Part shown: positions 1-12,300 of the stretch, in pieces | Numbering within the stretch: the first letter of the stretch is position 1 | How the letters are laid out: every line of letters starts with the position of its first letter | From: Felis catus | Taxonomy: Eukaryota | NCBI RefSeq assembly: GCF_018350175.1 | Contig: NC_058374.1 | Span: 41,974,001-42,038,000 of the forward strand | Length of the DNA: 64,000 nucleotides | Direction: 5' to 3' | Made by a program: the position numbers and the translations under genes | Notes under the pieces: model-generated | Told to the model about the DNA's origin: nothing | The model's input: the letters and a program-made list of their open reading frames with translations, nothing else | Database searches by the model: none

Positions 1-1530
1 CACAGGACCGGGGAGCTTCCCACTTGCAGTGCAGCCTCGCCAGCTGTCTCCCCTTGCGTTTCCTGCTGGGCTCCTGGGCCTGCGGACCAGATGAATGTAG
101 CAGACCCCAACATTTCCGGCTGTCTCCTGCTCTCTTTGTCCACGCTTGGCCATTGGCTCTCCTCTTGCAGAGGCTTACACCATTTCCTCCCCATTTCCTT
201 TGCATCAAGCCTAGCCCTGATCCATGATTTCTTCCCAGCTCCCTCCCCCATTGCCTCCTGGGCCCAGGGAACCACATGGGCCGTACCTGGCATGGAGGGC
301 AAGGGTGGGTGTCTGAAGCATGAAGCATAGGGCTGCCATTTTATTGGACAGGACCTTGGGACCAGAGGGGACAGGCACTAGCCGGAGATCACACAGCCAG
401 TCAAGGGCACATCCAGATCAAAAGCCTCCTGACTGCTAGTGTCCACTGCTCCATTCTCCCCGCTTCCTCACTCTGTTTTGGCAGGGCACGGACTCACATC
501 CTGACCTGTGCACAAACAGGCACCGCTGGACACAAACCCATGTACATAGCCCACCCTTGTGCACAGACACAATTCCTTCATCACCCAAGCAGTATGTCTC
601 AGTTTATGAGCCAGTCTCACATCCTTTGTCTGTTTAAACCTTATGAAACTCTTACGGAGCTAGTACTGACAGGACCAAGATTAGCATCTCCAGCTTATAG
701 ACCGGAAATGGAACTCAGAGAGGTCAGATGATTGCCCAAGGTCACACAGCTAGTACGTGCCAGAGTCAGGACTAGCACAGGTCTCCTAACCCCTAGTTCC
801 GTGGCTGTTTCCTGAACACAGACACAAACACCACGCAAATCTCTGCATCTGGTTAGTCACTGATGCCCAGTACCCACCTTTGGATTCATAAAAGCACACC
901 ACCCCACTCAGGGTCTGCCTCAGAGAGTTCAGAAACACAGAAGAGGGCCTCCCTGCCTAAAATCCCTCTCTCTCACCTGCTGGTGGCAGAATCCTGTTAC
1001 CAGCGGACAAAAGCTGGCAGTTCTCCTAATCAGAGCACAGGCTGGGAACACAGGCCCTGTGGGAGAGAGTGCCCAGTGACCTACCACTCACCCTGTTGCG
1101 GAACCTTCTGGAAGGTGAGCTTTGCCAGGGGGAGGGGGCGAGGAGCTGGCTGGAGAGAGAATACTCTGAGAGGACCTCGTGGAAGGGTTCAGTCCCCCTG
1201 CCCTGCACTTTCCTTCATCCCTCCTCCAAACCATTCAGGAAGCAGGAAAACTGGGGTTACAAGTATTTTTCCTCCTCTTCTTGAACCATCTCTCTCAGGA
1301 ACCCTCCGCCTCCTCTGCCTTTCCTTCCCTTCCTTTCTCACCACCTGTGTCAGTCCCTACCCCCTTTCCCTTGTCTTCTCTTTCCAGCTCGCCCCTTCCA
1401 GGGAGGAGGACACCTAGTTGACACCAAGGCTCCCCACTGATTGCTTCGTATCCCTGCCTGCTCCCGCCCCTGCCTCCCTGAGCTGACAGAAAAATACAAT
1501 AAACTTACTGTAAAGAAGATGTTCTTCTTT
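1..1530 (+). other. Probable 3' UTR / 3' end of the upstream gene (CD4 by synteny), with poly(A) signal AATAAA at 1498-1503
   Basis: AATAAA followed by a GT-rich tract (1528-1548). No coding exon is visible. CD4 identity is inferred only from the known CD4-GPR162-P3H3-GNB3 gene order. Confidence 0.45.
660..812 (+). mobile_element. MIR SINE fragment
   Basis: MIR core-like sequence ggaaatggaactcagagaggtcagatgattgcccaaggtcacacagctagt. Confidence 0.7.
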
Positions 1531-2149
1531 GTGTGTATGTGTGTGTGAGAGAGAGACAGACAGACAGCCACAGACAGACTCGTCTCTGGGGACCTACCTG
1601 GATCTCCCAATCTTTGGGATCAGACAGACCCAGAGGAGAGGTGCCAGGCTTCCAGGGAAAGGAGATGAAGTCCCCCCCTCCCCCGGAGGGAAAAATTCTC
1701 TGGAGGCCCATCACCCACCTGCCCACCCCACAGGGCCTTGTGTGTGCAGGAGGCCAAGACCTTGTAATCCTGTGCGTGTGATGTACTGAGAGGGACAGGC
1801 CGCAGGGGTTGTGTGTGCTCTACACATGCATGTGCGTGGTGGGAAAAAAGGACCAAGAGAAACTGTAATGTGTGCAGCTAATGGTGTGCATCCCCAACAG
1901 AAGTGTGAGTTTGTGTTCCAGGAGAAGGAAGCGGAATGTGTGTGGGGGGAGGTGGGGGGGTGGATATATTCTTTTAGACCTGTGTCCACCAGCCCCGCCC
2001 CCAGCAGCCCCCGCTCCATCACAGCCTCCAGCACATACCCCACTGAGCTACACCCAGGGCGCAGCCCTCACGGATACACACAGTGACACACGCTTCCTCC
2101 GCCCGAACAGCCAGCTCCTCAGTCCCCGAACACCACCAGCTGCCTCTCT

Positions 2150-2790
2150 GAGCCTGTGTTCGTGCGGAAAACCGGGGTGGGGTGGGGGCAGGACACGAAC
2201 CGTCTCACCAATGAAGCCGGTTCCCCGCCAGCGTCCTCGCCCCCTCCCTGCCGGCGCCTTCCTTGCCCCTCCCCCTCCAAGTCACCGCCGTCCAGTTCCC
2301 CGCCCCGCACTCGCCCCCGCGCCCCCCGAGCCGCTTCCCTGCCGGACCCGGACCCGGGGCTCACGGGCGGCATGCCTCCGGGAGAGGGGGGCTTGGACAG
2401 ATCTGGGGGGGGCAGAGACTGAGTGAGCGGCGGACCGAGCCCGGGAGGCTGGGACCGAGGAGGGGGAGGGAGGCCCGGAGGGAAGGAGGGAGGGAAGGAG
2501 GAGGGCGGGCGAGCTGGAGCCGGCGGGCGGCGGGAGCCCGGGCGAGCCGCGTCGGGAGTGCGGTCTCCATGGCAGTGCCGGGCGCAGCCAGAGGTAAGAC
2601 GACCCCTGCCCTGTCCCCCGCGGCCCCCTCCTCTCCTCCCCCCAGCCGCCTTCTCTCCCCTCCGGCCGGCCCCTCCTCCCCAGCCACCTGCTGTCACTGC
2701 CCTGGAGAACACGGTGGGTGGCAGGAGGGAGGAGTCGCCTGACCTTACCCCTTCACCCCGAAGGGCGAGGGACCCCTGACAGCGGTGGAG
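2150..2790 (+). promoter_or_regulatory. GPR162: CpG island / GPR162 promoter and first exon (donor AG|GTAAGA after 2593)
   Basis: CpG- and GC-box-rich segment with a consensus 5' splice site at 2594, upstream of the GPR162 coding exon. Confidence 0.7.
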
Positions 2791-4629
2791 TCCCCCAGAT
2801 CCTCCCTCCCACCTTCCTCTGATCTTTCTCTGTCCTTCACCTCCTCTCTGTCCTTCACATCCTTCCTCCCTCCCTCCCTCTCTGACTCCCCATCTCTTTT
2901 TTCCTAAACCCACCCGCTGGGCCTGGGTGAGGGTAGGTGGGAAGGGGTGCCAGGCTGTAGGGGAGAGTAGTGGGGGGGGGGAGCGCTTCTGACCAATTCC
3001 TTCCACCTCCCTCTGGCTGGCCATTGCCATGGCAACTAGGGTATACTGGGCTCCGGAGGGAACAAAGGTGGGGGGCGGACTAGGACCTCTCAGGGAGGGC
3101 TAGGATCTGAGATTCTTCCACAGGAAGTAGACCCTCTCACTTCTGTGCCCCATTTTTACCCCTATTTGCCCCCAAAGCCATTAGCTCATCCTTCTTGCCT
3201 CCACTCTGTTCAGGGTTTCATCTGATTTCCTCTTAGTCCCCTCCCAAGGGCTCACTGAAGCTCAGCTTCAGGAAATTCAGGACTATCCTCCTTCCCATCA
3301 GAGGGAAACTGAGGCTGGGGCATGGGAGGAAAGAGTGGAGGTCTACCAGTGGGATGCTGCACCTTATTCAACGTTGGGCTTTTTCCTATTTCCTGCTCCC
3401 TCGTTCCATGCAACCCCTCTTCCCTCATAAGCCTTCTTGTGAAGGGTCTCTGGGGTTTTCCTTCTATTTTCAGATACTATCACTTTGCCCCTTCTTTCTC
3501 TTCTGCTCAAACTCTCCTCCTTCCCCCTAGTTCCCCATCTTTCCATTTCTGGATGCTTCTGATGTCAGCGGTTTCCCCGCCTTCGGGTTCCCTAGCCCCC
3601 CCCCCCTCGGTCCCTGGCTTCCTTTCTCCCATCTTCCCAGGTCCCTAGTGAGCTAGAGGGGGATCATGCAGGCTTGGGGGAAATGGGGCTGAGCACCAAG
3701 AGCCCTGGGCCCAGGAGCTGGAGCATCGGGGAGGAGCTGTATTAGCACACATATCCCAGTTTACCATGAACCCTCAAGAAGAAACAAGTCATGTATCTGC
3801 CATCAGTAGCCCTGAAGAGAGATTTAGGGACATGAAGATAGGGATTGAATACTACTGAGCAGAGGATATAAGAAGGGACCAGGGAATGACAGAGGGAGGA
3901 AAAAGGGCTGAAAAAGGGTAGGAGACAGGAGATCAGAATATCTTCTTTCCCTGAAGGTCTGGAAAGCAGGGCTCTTACCTGTGTGGGCTATGTGATTGGC
4001 CATCTGGTTTAAGGCAGGAGAATGTTCTGAATGACCCTATGACCCCTAGTAATAGGTTGTTTGCGTATACTTTCCAGAGAAGGGGGCACAGGAAGTCAGC
4101 TGGAGACCAGCCCAAGCCCTACCTTTGCCCTCCCCCCCACCACATGTCATTTCTCCCTTGCAGTTTGTCCAGGTGGCTGAGCCTTACCCCCACACCCCTT
4201 GGGGTGCCCAGAAGATCCCAGGCTGGTCAAGAACCAGAGGAAGAAGAGAACTGGAAGTCCCGGCATGGGGACCAGAGCTCCTCAGCCAGCCTCATAGTTG
4301 GGAAAGCAGTCAGCTTGCTCCTCCCGCTCCTCCTCCCCCTCCCCCTCCCCCTTCCCCTCAATTACAGGGATACTTCAGGAAGGGCCCCACCCAGTATGGA
4401 GGCTGAGGATCACCTCTGCTGACCCTCAGTCTCCTCCCCTGCCCTCCACACCTGACTTTAGCTGGGTCGGTCATGCAATGCTGAGCAGGAAGGTAGGCCT
4501 AGCCGTGGCCTGCTTCACTACAGGGCAAGGATTGTACGCATAATGGGTGTGTGTGTGAGTGGGGCTCCAGGGTGAGACCTAGCCCCCACCCCCAGGAGTT
4601 CAAGGGGGGGTGGGGGGACCGAGGATAGG

Positions 4630-7600
4630 ATGGCTCGGGGCGGGGCAGGGGCAGAGGAGGCCTCCCTGCGCTCAAACGCATTGTCCTGGCTGGCCTGTGG
4701 GCTCCTGGCCCTGCTGGCCAACGCCTGGATCATCCTCAGCATCTCGGCCAAGCAGCAAAAGCACAAGCCGCTGGAGTTACTGCTCTGCTTCCTGGCGGGC
4801 ACACACATACTCATGGCGGCTGTGCCCCTCACCACCTTCGCCGTGGTGCAGCTACGGCGGCAGGCTTCTTCTGACTATGACTGGAACGAGAGCATCTGCA
4901 AGGTCTTTGTGTCCACCTACNNNNNNNNNNNNNNNNNNNNNNNNNNNNNNNNNNNNNNNNNNNNNNNNNNNNNNNNNNNNNNNNNNNNNNNNNNNNNNNN
5001 NNNNNNNNNNNNNNNNNNNNNNNNNNNNNNNNNNNNNNNNNNNNNNNNNNNNNNNNNNNNNNNNNNNNNNNNNNNNNNNNNNNNNNNNNNNNGCTGGCAC
5101 AACAACGGCGAGCGGTACTACGCCCGTGGCTGCCAGTTCATAGTCTCCAAGATTGGCCTGGGCTTTGGCGTCTGCTTCAGCCTCTTGCTCCTTGGGGGCA
5201 TTGTCATGGGGCTGGTCTGTGTGGCCATCACCTTCTACCAGACGTTGTGGGCCCGGCCCCGGAGGGCTCGGCTGGCCCGGAGAGCGGGGGTTGGGGGTGG
5301 GGCCAAGGGGGGTGGGCCAGGGGGTTTGGGTACCCGGCCAGCTTTTGAGGTGCCAGCCATTGTGGTGGAGGATGCCAGAGGCAAGCGGCGGTCCTCGCTG
5401 GACGGCTCTGAGTCGGCCAAGACATCCCTGCAGGTCACCAACTTGGTCAGCGCCATCGTCTTTCTCTATGACTCACTCACAGGGGTGCCCATCTTGGTGA
5501 GATTGGGGTCCCCCACCTGCTATCCCTAATATCCAGGCCCCAGCACAACCACCTGACCTCGAAGTCATCAGCCATACAGCAGCTCCGCCGTCCACCTTCC
5601 TCTTTTCTGCCCACCCCTGCCACATTTGTGAGCCCCCCACCTCTGTCATCCGTCTCCTGGTTCCCGTCACCCCCAGCCTCATCATCTGTTTCCCGGTTGC
5701 TGCTGCTCAACCCTGTCATCCGTCCTTTACTGCCTCCACCTATCTTCCAGTTCCACCATGTACCCTGTGTCTCCCTGCTTCAGCCCCTGGACCTCCATTC
5801 TCCATTCCCTGCCACTCTCGGGTTACCACAGGGCCTCTCAGCACTCTGGGTGGAAACCCCAGAGAGCTCACCCCACCACCCCAACTTTTTGCATCCCCAT
5901 CTAGTCCCTCTTCCTGAATTTCTCTCTGTGTTCAAGTTTTCTCTACCACCTCTGCTTCTCCCCCAACCGCTCGGGGGCTTTATCTTCACTCCTTGCCCCT
6001 GATCTTCCTCTGAATCAGTCCCTTCCCCTCTGTTCATCCCATTCCACCTCCAAACTTTGCCTCTGTCACGATCCTCTGTGAACCGGGCCATCCTTTCCTT
6101 CTTGTCCACCCACTGCACTAGGATATTGGATCTGGGGTCAAGTGGGACCTCTGAGCTCTGGGTCGTGACCCCGCGCCATTCCCCATCCTCCCGCTAGGTG
6201 GTGAGCTTCTTCTCCCTTAAGTCGGACTCGGCTCCGCCGTGGATGGTGCTGGCTGTGCTGTGGTGCTCCATGGCGCAGACGCTGCTGCTGCCCTCCTTCA
6301 TCTGGTCCTGCGAGCGCTACCGTGCCGACGTGCGCACTGTGTGGGAGCAGTGCGTGGCCATCATGTCGGAGGAGGATGGCGACGACGGTCAGAGGAGGGA
6401 CCGGGCTTTGGCTTTCCCGGGGGCTTGGACTCCCTCTTCTGCCCATTTCTACCAGCCCTTCTCCGTGTGGGGATGGGCTACCCTTGAGTGCCCCCTGCTG
6501 GACGGAACCCGCGCCACCCTTGGGCTGACTCCAGGCTCCCTTTTCCCTAATCACGCAACCCGATGTGCGCCCGCCCATTGCTTCCTTCTGTACTGGGAGC
6601 TCCCTCCACTGGGCGTCGGTTCCCCCCTGGAAGCCCACACTACCCAGCTTTGCCTCCACTCTCCAGGAAGAGTGCCTGAGAAACAGGCCAGAGTCCTAAC
6701 ACAACCATAAAGGAAGGCTGTGGAATTAAGGGGAGGTTAGCCTCCCTGAGACACACCCCCAGCTACAGGGACAGTTGTTGGGGGTGGGCTTGTAACTGTT
6801 CAATAAATACGTCTGTGCGTATGAAGCACTAGGGACTAAGCACTGAATGCAACAGATGTTAGACGCTCCTGCTTTTCCTCTTGGAGCTTACAGACTAGTG
6901 TGAACAGAAGGATTCTCTGGGGAGCTTAAAAAGGGGGCAGGAAGTTTTAAGGGGGGGGGGAGAGGAGGGGAGTGGGTATTCCCTGCCTGTAACCACTCTG
7001 CCCCTTTTCTCTCCTAGATGGCGGCTGTGATGACTATGCAGATGGCCGAGTGTGCAAAGTTCGTTTTGATGCTAATGGTGCCACAGGACCAGGGGGCAGG
7101 GACCCCACCCAGGTGAAGCTATTGCCTGGAAGGCACATGCTGTTTCCCCCTCTTGAGAGGGTCCACTACTTACAGGTATGGGACTAGGGAATGAACCTCC
7201 TATTCTGGGTATCCCCGTTCTTCTTGTGTCCAGTCTCTGAGAGCCATCCTGACTCCCCATTCCCTAGCCCTGGCCTGCAGGGCACCTAAGGGGTAGGTGA
7301 AAGAAAAGTGTGGCAAGAGAGGCTTCCCTTCAGACCTCTCAGAACCAGGTTTGCCCGTCAGAGGATTTTTTTTTTTGTTAAGTTTATTTTTGAGAGAGAG
7401 CAGGGGAGGGGCAGAGAGACAGGCAGAGAGAGAATCCCAAAATCCCAAGTAGACTGCACACTGTCAGCGGAGAGCCGGATGCGTGGCTCCAACTCACAGA
7501 CCCGGAGATCAAGACCTGAGCTGAAATCAAGAGTCTAACGCTTAACCGGCTGAGCCACCCAGCAGCCCCCAGAGGATGTTTTGCAAAAGTTTAAGGGGGT

Positions 7601-8241
7601 GAAGCCATCTTGCAGCGTCCCCACTTAGGTTCCTGCCTTTACCCCCTTTGTCCCTATAGCCCCTCTGGGTCTACTTGCTCCTCTCCCCAGGTCCCCCTGT
7701 CCCGCCGTCTGTCCCATGATGAGACCAACATCTTCTCTACACCTCGGGCACCAGGCTCCATCCTACATAAGTGGTCATCCTCTGATGACATCCGGGTCCT
7801 CCCAGCCCAGAGCCGAGCCCTGGGGGGCCCTCCTGAGTACCTGGGACGAAGACAAAGGCTGGAGGATGAGGAGGATGAGGAGGAAGCTGAAGGTGGGGGC
7901 TGGCCAGCCTTCGCCAGTTCCTGGAGGGTGGGATGTTGGGGTCAGGTGGGGGACCCCCACGGGGTCCTGGCTTCTTCCGGGAAGAGATCACCACCTTCAT
8001 TGATGAGACACCTCTGCCTTCTCCAACTGCTTCGCCGGGGCCCTCTCCTCGCCGGCCCAGGCCCCTGGGCCTCTCACCCCGCAGGCTTTCCCTTGGGTCC
8101 CCTGACAGCAGAGCCGCTGGACTTCCTTTGGGCTTAAGTGCAGGGAGACGCTGCTCCCTGACAGGAGGTGAGGGGAGTGCAAGACCTTGGGGAGGATCCT
8201 GGGGCCCAGGTAATCCCATTTTCCCCCAGCTGACGCTGTGA
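4630..8241 (+). CDS. GPR162: Orphan class A GPCR GPR162; apparent 1-nt frameshift in the last exon
   Basis: Coding exons 4630-5496, 6198-6387, 7018-7175, 7691-8241, all GT-AG with compatible phases. Protein runs [24 protein letters not shown]...[10 protein letters not shown]. 4921-5092 is N-masked. One G is missing from the run at 7895-7899; restoring it gives 588 aa. Confidence 0.95.
7367..7569 (-). mobile_element. CAN-SINE (SINEC) in GPR162 intron
   Basis: Poly-T, (GA)n and reverse tRNA-derived head (gagccaccc); flanked by cagaggat direct repeat. Confidence 0.85.
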
Positions 8242-8428
8242 GCCCAAGTGGGCCTGCAGGACTCAGATGAGGGGCCCTGAGTATCACCTGTTCTGGCCCT
8301 GAGCCTAGGGCAGCTGCCTCCAGACTCCGGGGAGATGGGCGCTGGATCTGGGGCCCGGAGCCCCCGCTGTCTCCTATCTCGATGACCAGAGATGTCCTAC
8401 TCACCTTCCATCATCCTTAGCAAATTGT

Positions 8429-8434
8429 ATTAAA
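8429..8434 (+). terminator. GPR162 poly(A) signal ATTAAA
   Basis: ATTAAA about 190 nt after the stop codon. Confidence 0.65.
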
Positions 8435-9365
8435 GCCTGAAGTGTTGCCATGGAAACCTTGGTGTCCATTGTACTAGAGTGGTAAAGGATATGATTGGAG
8501 GCTGGGCGGTGGAATGGCTCAGCGAGGACAAAATAGAGCAGGGGCTGTGGACAGAGGCACAGAAATACACCCGGAGAAGGACAAACTCAAACATGAAGAC
8601 ATCCACAGGGACGGGCATATAAGAGCATCTTGTGCTGGGCATGGGGGGACACTTGAGTGTGCTGGTTTGGGGCGTGAAGGATCTTTGTTCAGATTGGTGG
8701 AAGGTGGTTTCAGGGTGTGATTCCATCTGCCATGCTCCAGCTCTCCTCCTTCCCCCAGATCCACCTAAGGCCTCACTTTCTGGGCAGGAAAGGATTTGGG
8801 CCTGACTTGGTATCACAGGCCTGCATCCCATGTTGCATTTTAAAGGTCTTTTTCCAAAAGTGTGTGTGGGTAGGTGTATGGGAGGCTTCCACACTCCTCG
8901 TCCTGGACTCAACAGTGTGTGGGCGGGGGTGGGCGGGGCACAGAGTGGAGGGGAACACAGCTGCGGTACGTACATTCACCCCGTGGGCCTCAGGGTTGGA
9001 GTCGAGGGTCCTAAGAGGCTCCCCATGCTGTTTTCCAAAGCACCGGTCCCGCTCCAGTTCCAGCCCTTTGCCATCTGCTCTTCACGGCCCGCCTGTTTCT
9101 CGGCCTCCCACACTACCCTTCGTCTTAAAGACTGCTTTCTCCACTCGCTGCCAGGCTTCCGGACTTCTCTGGCTCTCATAGTGGCCAATATGGGTTGAAT
9201 CTGGGCTCCATCAGCACTCCTTGGCCCCGCTCATTCCTTCTCTCTTCCTCTCCTCCCTCCTCTCCCTCTCTCCTTCCTTTCCCCTCCCTCTCCCATCCCC
9301 CTATCCTCTCTCTCCCTCTGGGCTCCCGCATTCCGCTTCGGCAGCCGGCCGGCGCCTCCGGCACC

Positions 9366-12300
9366 ATGCTCCGGCTCCTCCGGTTGCTGCTGCTACTGCT
9401 GCTGCTGCCTCCGCCGGGGTCCCCCGAGCCCCCAGGCCTGGCCCGGCTGTCCCCGGGTGCGCCCCCCCAGGCCCCGGACTTGCTCTACGCGGACGGGCTG
9501 CGCGCCTACGCGGCCGGGGCTTGGGCGCCGGCCGTGGCGCTGCTGCGGGAGGCGCTGCGGAGCCAGGCGGCCCTGGGCCGCGCGCGGCGGGACTGCGGGG
9601 CGCGCTGTGCGGCCGAACCGGGGGCCGCACTCCCCGCCGTGCTGCTCGACGCCCCGGACTCCGGGCCCGGCCCGGCGCAGGGGGCCTGGGAGCGGCTGCT
9701 GCTTCGCGCCGCGCTCCGACGGGCCGAGTGCCTGACCCAGTGCGGGGTGCAGAGGCTGGGCCCCGGGGGCGCGGCGCGGCTCCGCGTGGGGAGCGCGCTC
9801 CGGGACGCCTTCCGCCGCCGGGAGCCCTACAACTACCTGCAGAGGGCCTACTACCAGGTGCGGGAGCCGCCCGGGCCCTTTCCGGGTGCCTGCCCCGCCC
9901 CGCGCTGCGCTGCTACTTGGAGCTCGCCAGGAGAGGGCGGAAAGCCGGCGCCCGGGACTCCGGGTGGGGCTGGGGGGGGGGGGGGGGGAGGGCGGTCAAT
10001 GGACCTCTCCTTTTGAGCAGGTCCCATGAAAACCACGTCAAGTACCTGTTGCGGTCGCCGAGGGACAGCCTAAGGGAGAGTGGGAGCAAAGTTGGAGCGG
10101 GGCTGGGTGGGTTCCTGAGACAGGGTGGAAATAGATCGGAGACGGAGGGAAGGGGCCTGGAATGTTAGGTCTTTCTGAGACCTACGTGGGGTGATAGCAG
10201 CCTCTTCCTAGGAGCGAAGCGGAGGGGATGGGGGGAAACCCCACCGTTGGACTGGAAGTATTGGCGGGGGGGGGGGGGGGCGGTGCGTTGAGTGTGAGCC
10301 TTTGCCTGGCAGGGGCAAAGCTGAGGAGCGGTGAGGCCGGACGTCTGGGGGGCGGGCCGCAGCTACTAGTTCAGTAGCTAATGCCTACGTGGCTGGGGAG
10401 AGGGGGGCGCTGGTCCCACACACCTCAGCTCAGGGTCCTAGAGACCTGCGGGTTTTACTGGCCGCTCAGGTCTCCCCCACTTCCCTACCGCACTTAGCCA
10501 TCACTTGCACCTTATCTCCCAAACTGAGGCCCTGAGGTCCCTCTGCCCGTATCGCACCCGCTCCAAAGTCTTGAAACCCCTCTTTCCTTAGCAACCGGAC
10601 TCCTGAACTTCCCCAGAATACTGGTTTCTAGGGGGTCTGGAGGTTGAGAGATGGACAAGTCTTCCAGATGGTCTCGGGGCAGTTCCTGCTGTGCGTGTGG
10701 AATAGGAAGGCCAGTGAGGGGGCAGAGAGAGAGGTCTGACCCCAATACCTGAGGGCACTAACTTCCTCATCCTTCCCACTTCTCAGCTGAAGAAGCTGGA
10801 CCTGGCAGCCGCCGCAGCACACACCTTCTTTGTAGCAAACCCAACACACCTCCAGATGCGGGAGGACATGGCCAAGTACAGACGTATGTCTAGGGTGCGG
10901 CCCCAGAGCTTCCGGGACCTGGAGACTCCCCCATACTGGGTGAGACCCTTTGACTGGCTGGGTCCATGGGGCTCACTGGGCTCTGACCTGTGTAGCTCAG
11001 GTGTCAGGAGATGCGTGTCCTCAGTAACCCTGGATGGAGAGTCCCTCATCTGGGACTTAGCTTTCTTCCTGAGGATCACTCAAGTCCCGTGTTCTACCAT
11101 TCCGATCCTGAGACCCACCCTATATTCCCCAAGGTGAAGTGGGGTCTGGAGTCCATGCCCCAAATGAGACCAACGCCCCGCCCCTTCTTTCTACCCCCCA
11201 ATCTTGTTTGGCACCCTGCCCCCAGGATCTCGGGTGACCGCCACCCCCCCTCCCCGACAGGCAGCCTATGACGATGGCCTGGAGCTACTGGGGCGGCAGG
11301 AAGCAGGACTGGCACTGCCCCGGCTAGAGGAGGCCCTGCAGGAGAGCCTGGCCCAGGTGGAGAGCTGCCGGGCTGGCTGCGAGGGGCCTGAGGAGCAGCA
11401 AAGGGAGGAAGAGGAGGAGGAAGGGACTGGAGGCCAGGGGGGCCTCTATGAGACCATTGCAGGTAAGGAGCTGGGGTTTCGTGGTGCCACGGAGAGAGGC
11501 ATCACAAGCTGAATGGTTCACCTGTGTCCTCTGCAGGGCGCTGGATTCGGGTCCTGCAGTGCCGGCAGCGCTGTGTGGGGGACACAGCCACACGTCCTGG
11601 CCGCAGCTTCCCTGTCCCTGACTTCCTTCCCAGCCAGCTGAGGCGGCTGCACGAGGCCCATGCTCAGGGTCAGTTGGGGAAGGGTGACTGGGGTTGGAAA
11701 CAGGGGAAGTGAAGGTTTGCCTCTGATGGTATCCTGAGCCCCATCTCTGCATCCCTCCCATCTGTCTCTGGATCTCTAGTCGGTCAGGGCTCCGTGGGGA
11801 CCATCACTTCAGGAGAACTCTCGTTTGCTCTCCTTTGGCGCTGTTGTGGAAAGCTCGGGAGATGGGTCACAGGGCTCCTTCTGCCCTTGCTGCTTCTCAC
11901 CTTCCTTTAATCTCTCCTCTCTTCCTCCCCTTTGAACTCTGCCTGTACAGCTCAGGTATGTTTGAGTAAGCTTTGGAAAGAAGCAATGGATGAGTGTGCC
12001 TGCCAGGGGGAATGGGGGCTCTGGAGTTGTTTGGCATTGGGAGACCACCTTCTCTGGCTCGGCCTCTGTCCCCCCCCCCCCCCCCCCCCCCCCCCCGTCT
12101 TCTCTGCCTCTGCCCAGGGATCACTGCCCTTCTCAGTCTCTGGGCCCCGCCCCCACCCTCTTGCTCTGTCTCCAGTGGGGAATCTGTCCCAGGCTATGGA
12201 AAATGTCCTGAGTGTCCTGCTCTTCTACCCGGAAGATGAGGCTGCCAAGAAGGCTCTGAACCAGTATCAGGCCCAGCTGGGAGAGCCGAGACCTGGCCTC

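Noticed and set aside
2119-3030. 303-aa minus-strand ORF and other long ORFs over the GPR162 promoter
   Set aside because: Low-complexity G/P/R-rich translation of a GC-rich CpG island where stop codons are rare; no recognisable domain
9195-10168. N-terminal extension of P3H3 (ORF from 9195) and the overlapping 315-aa ORF
   Set aside because: Non-ATG starts. The ATG at 9366 has a good context and is followed directly by the signal peptide; the alternative frame is a GC-content artefact.
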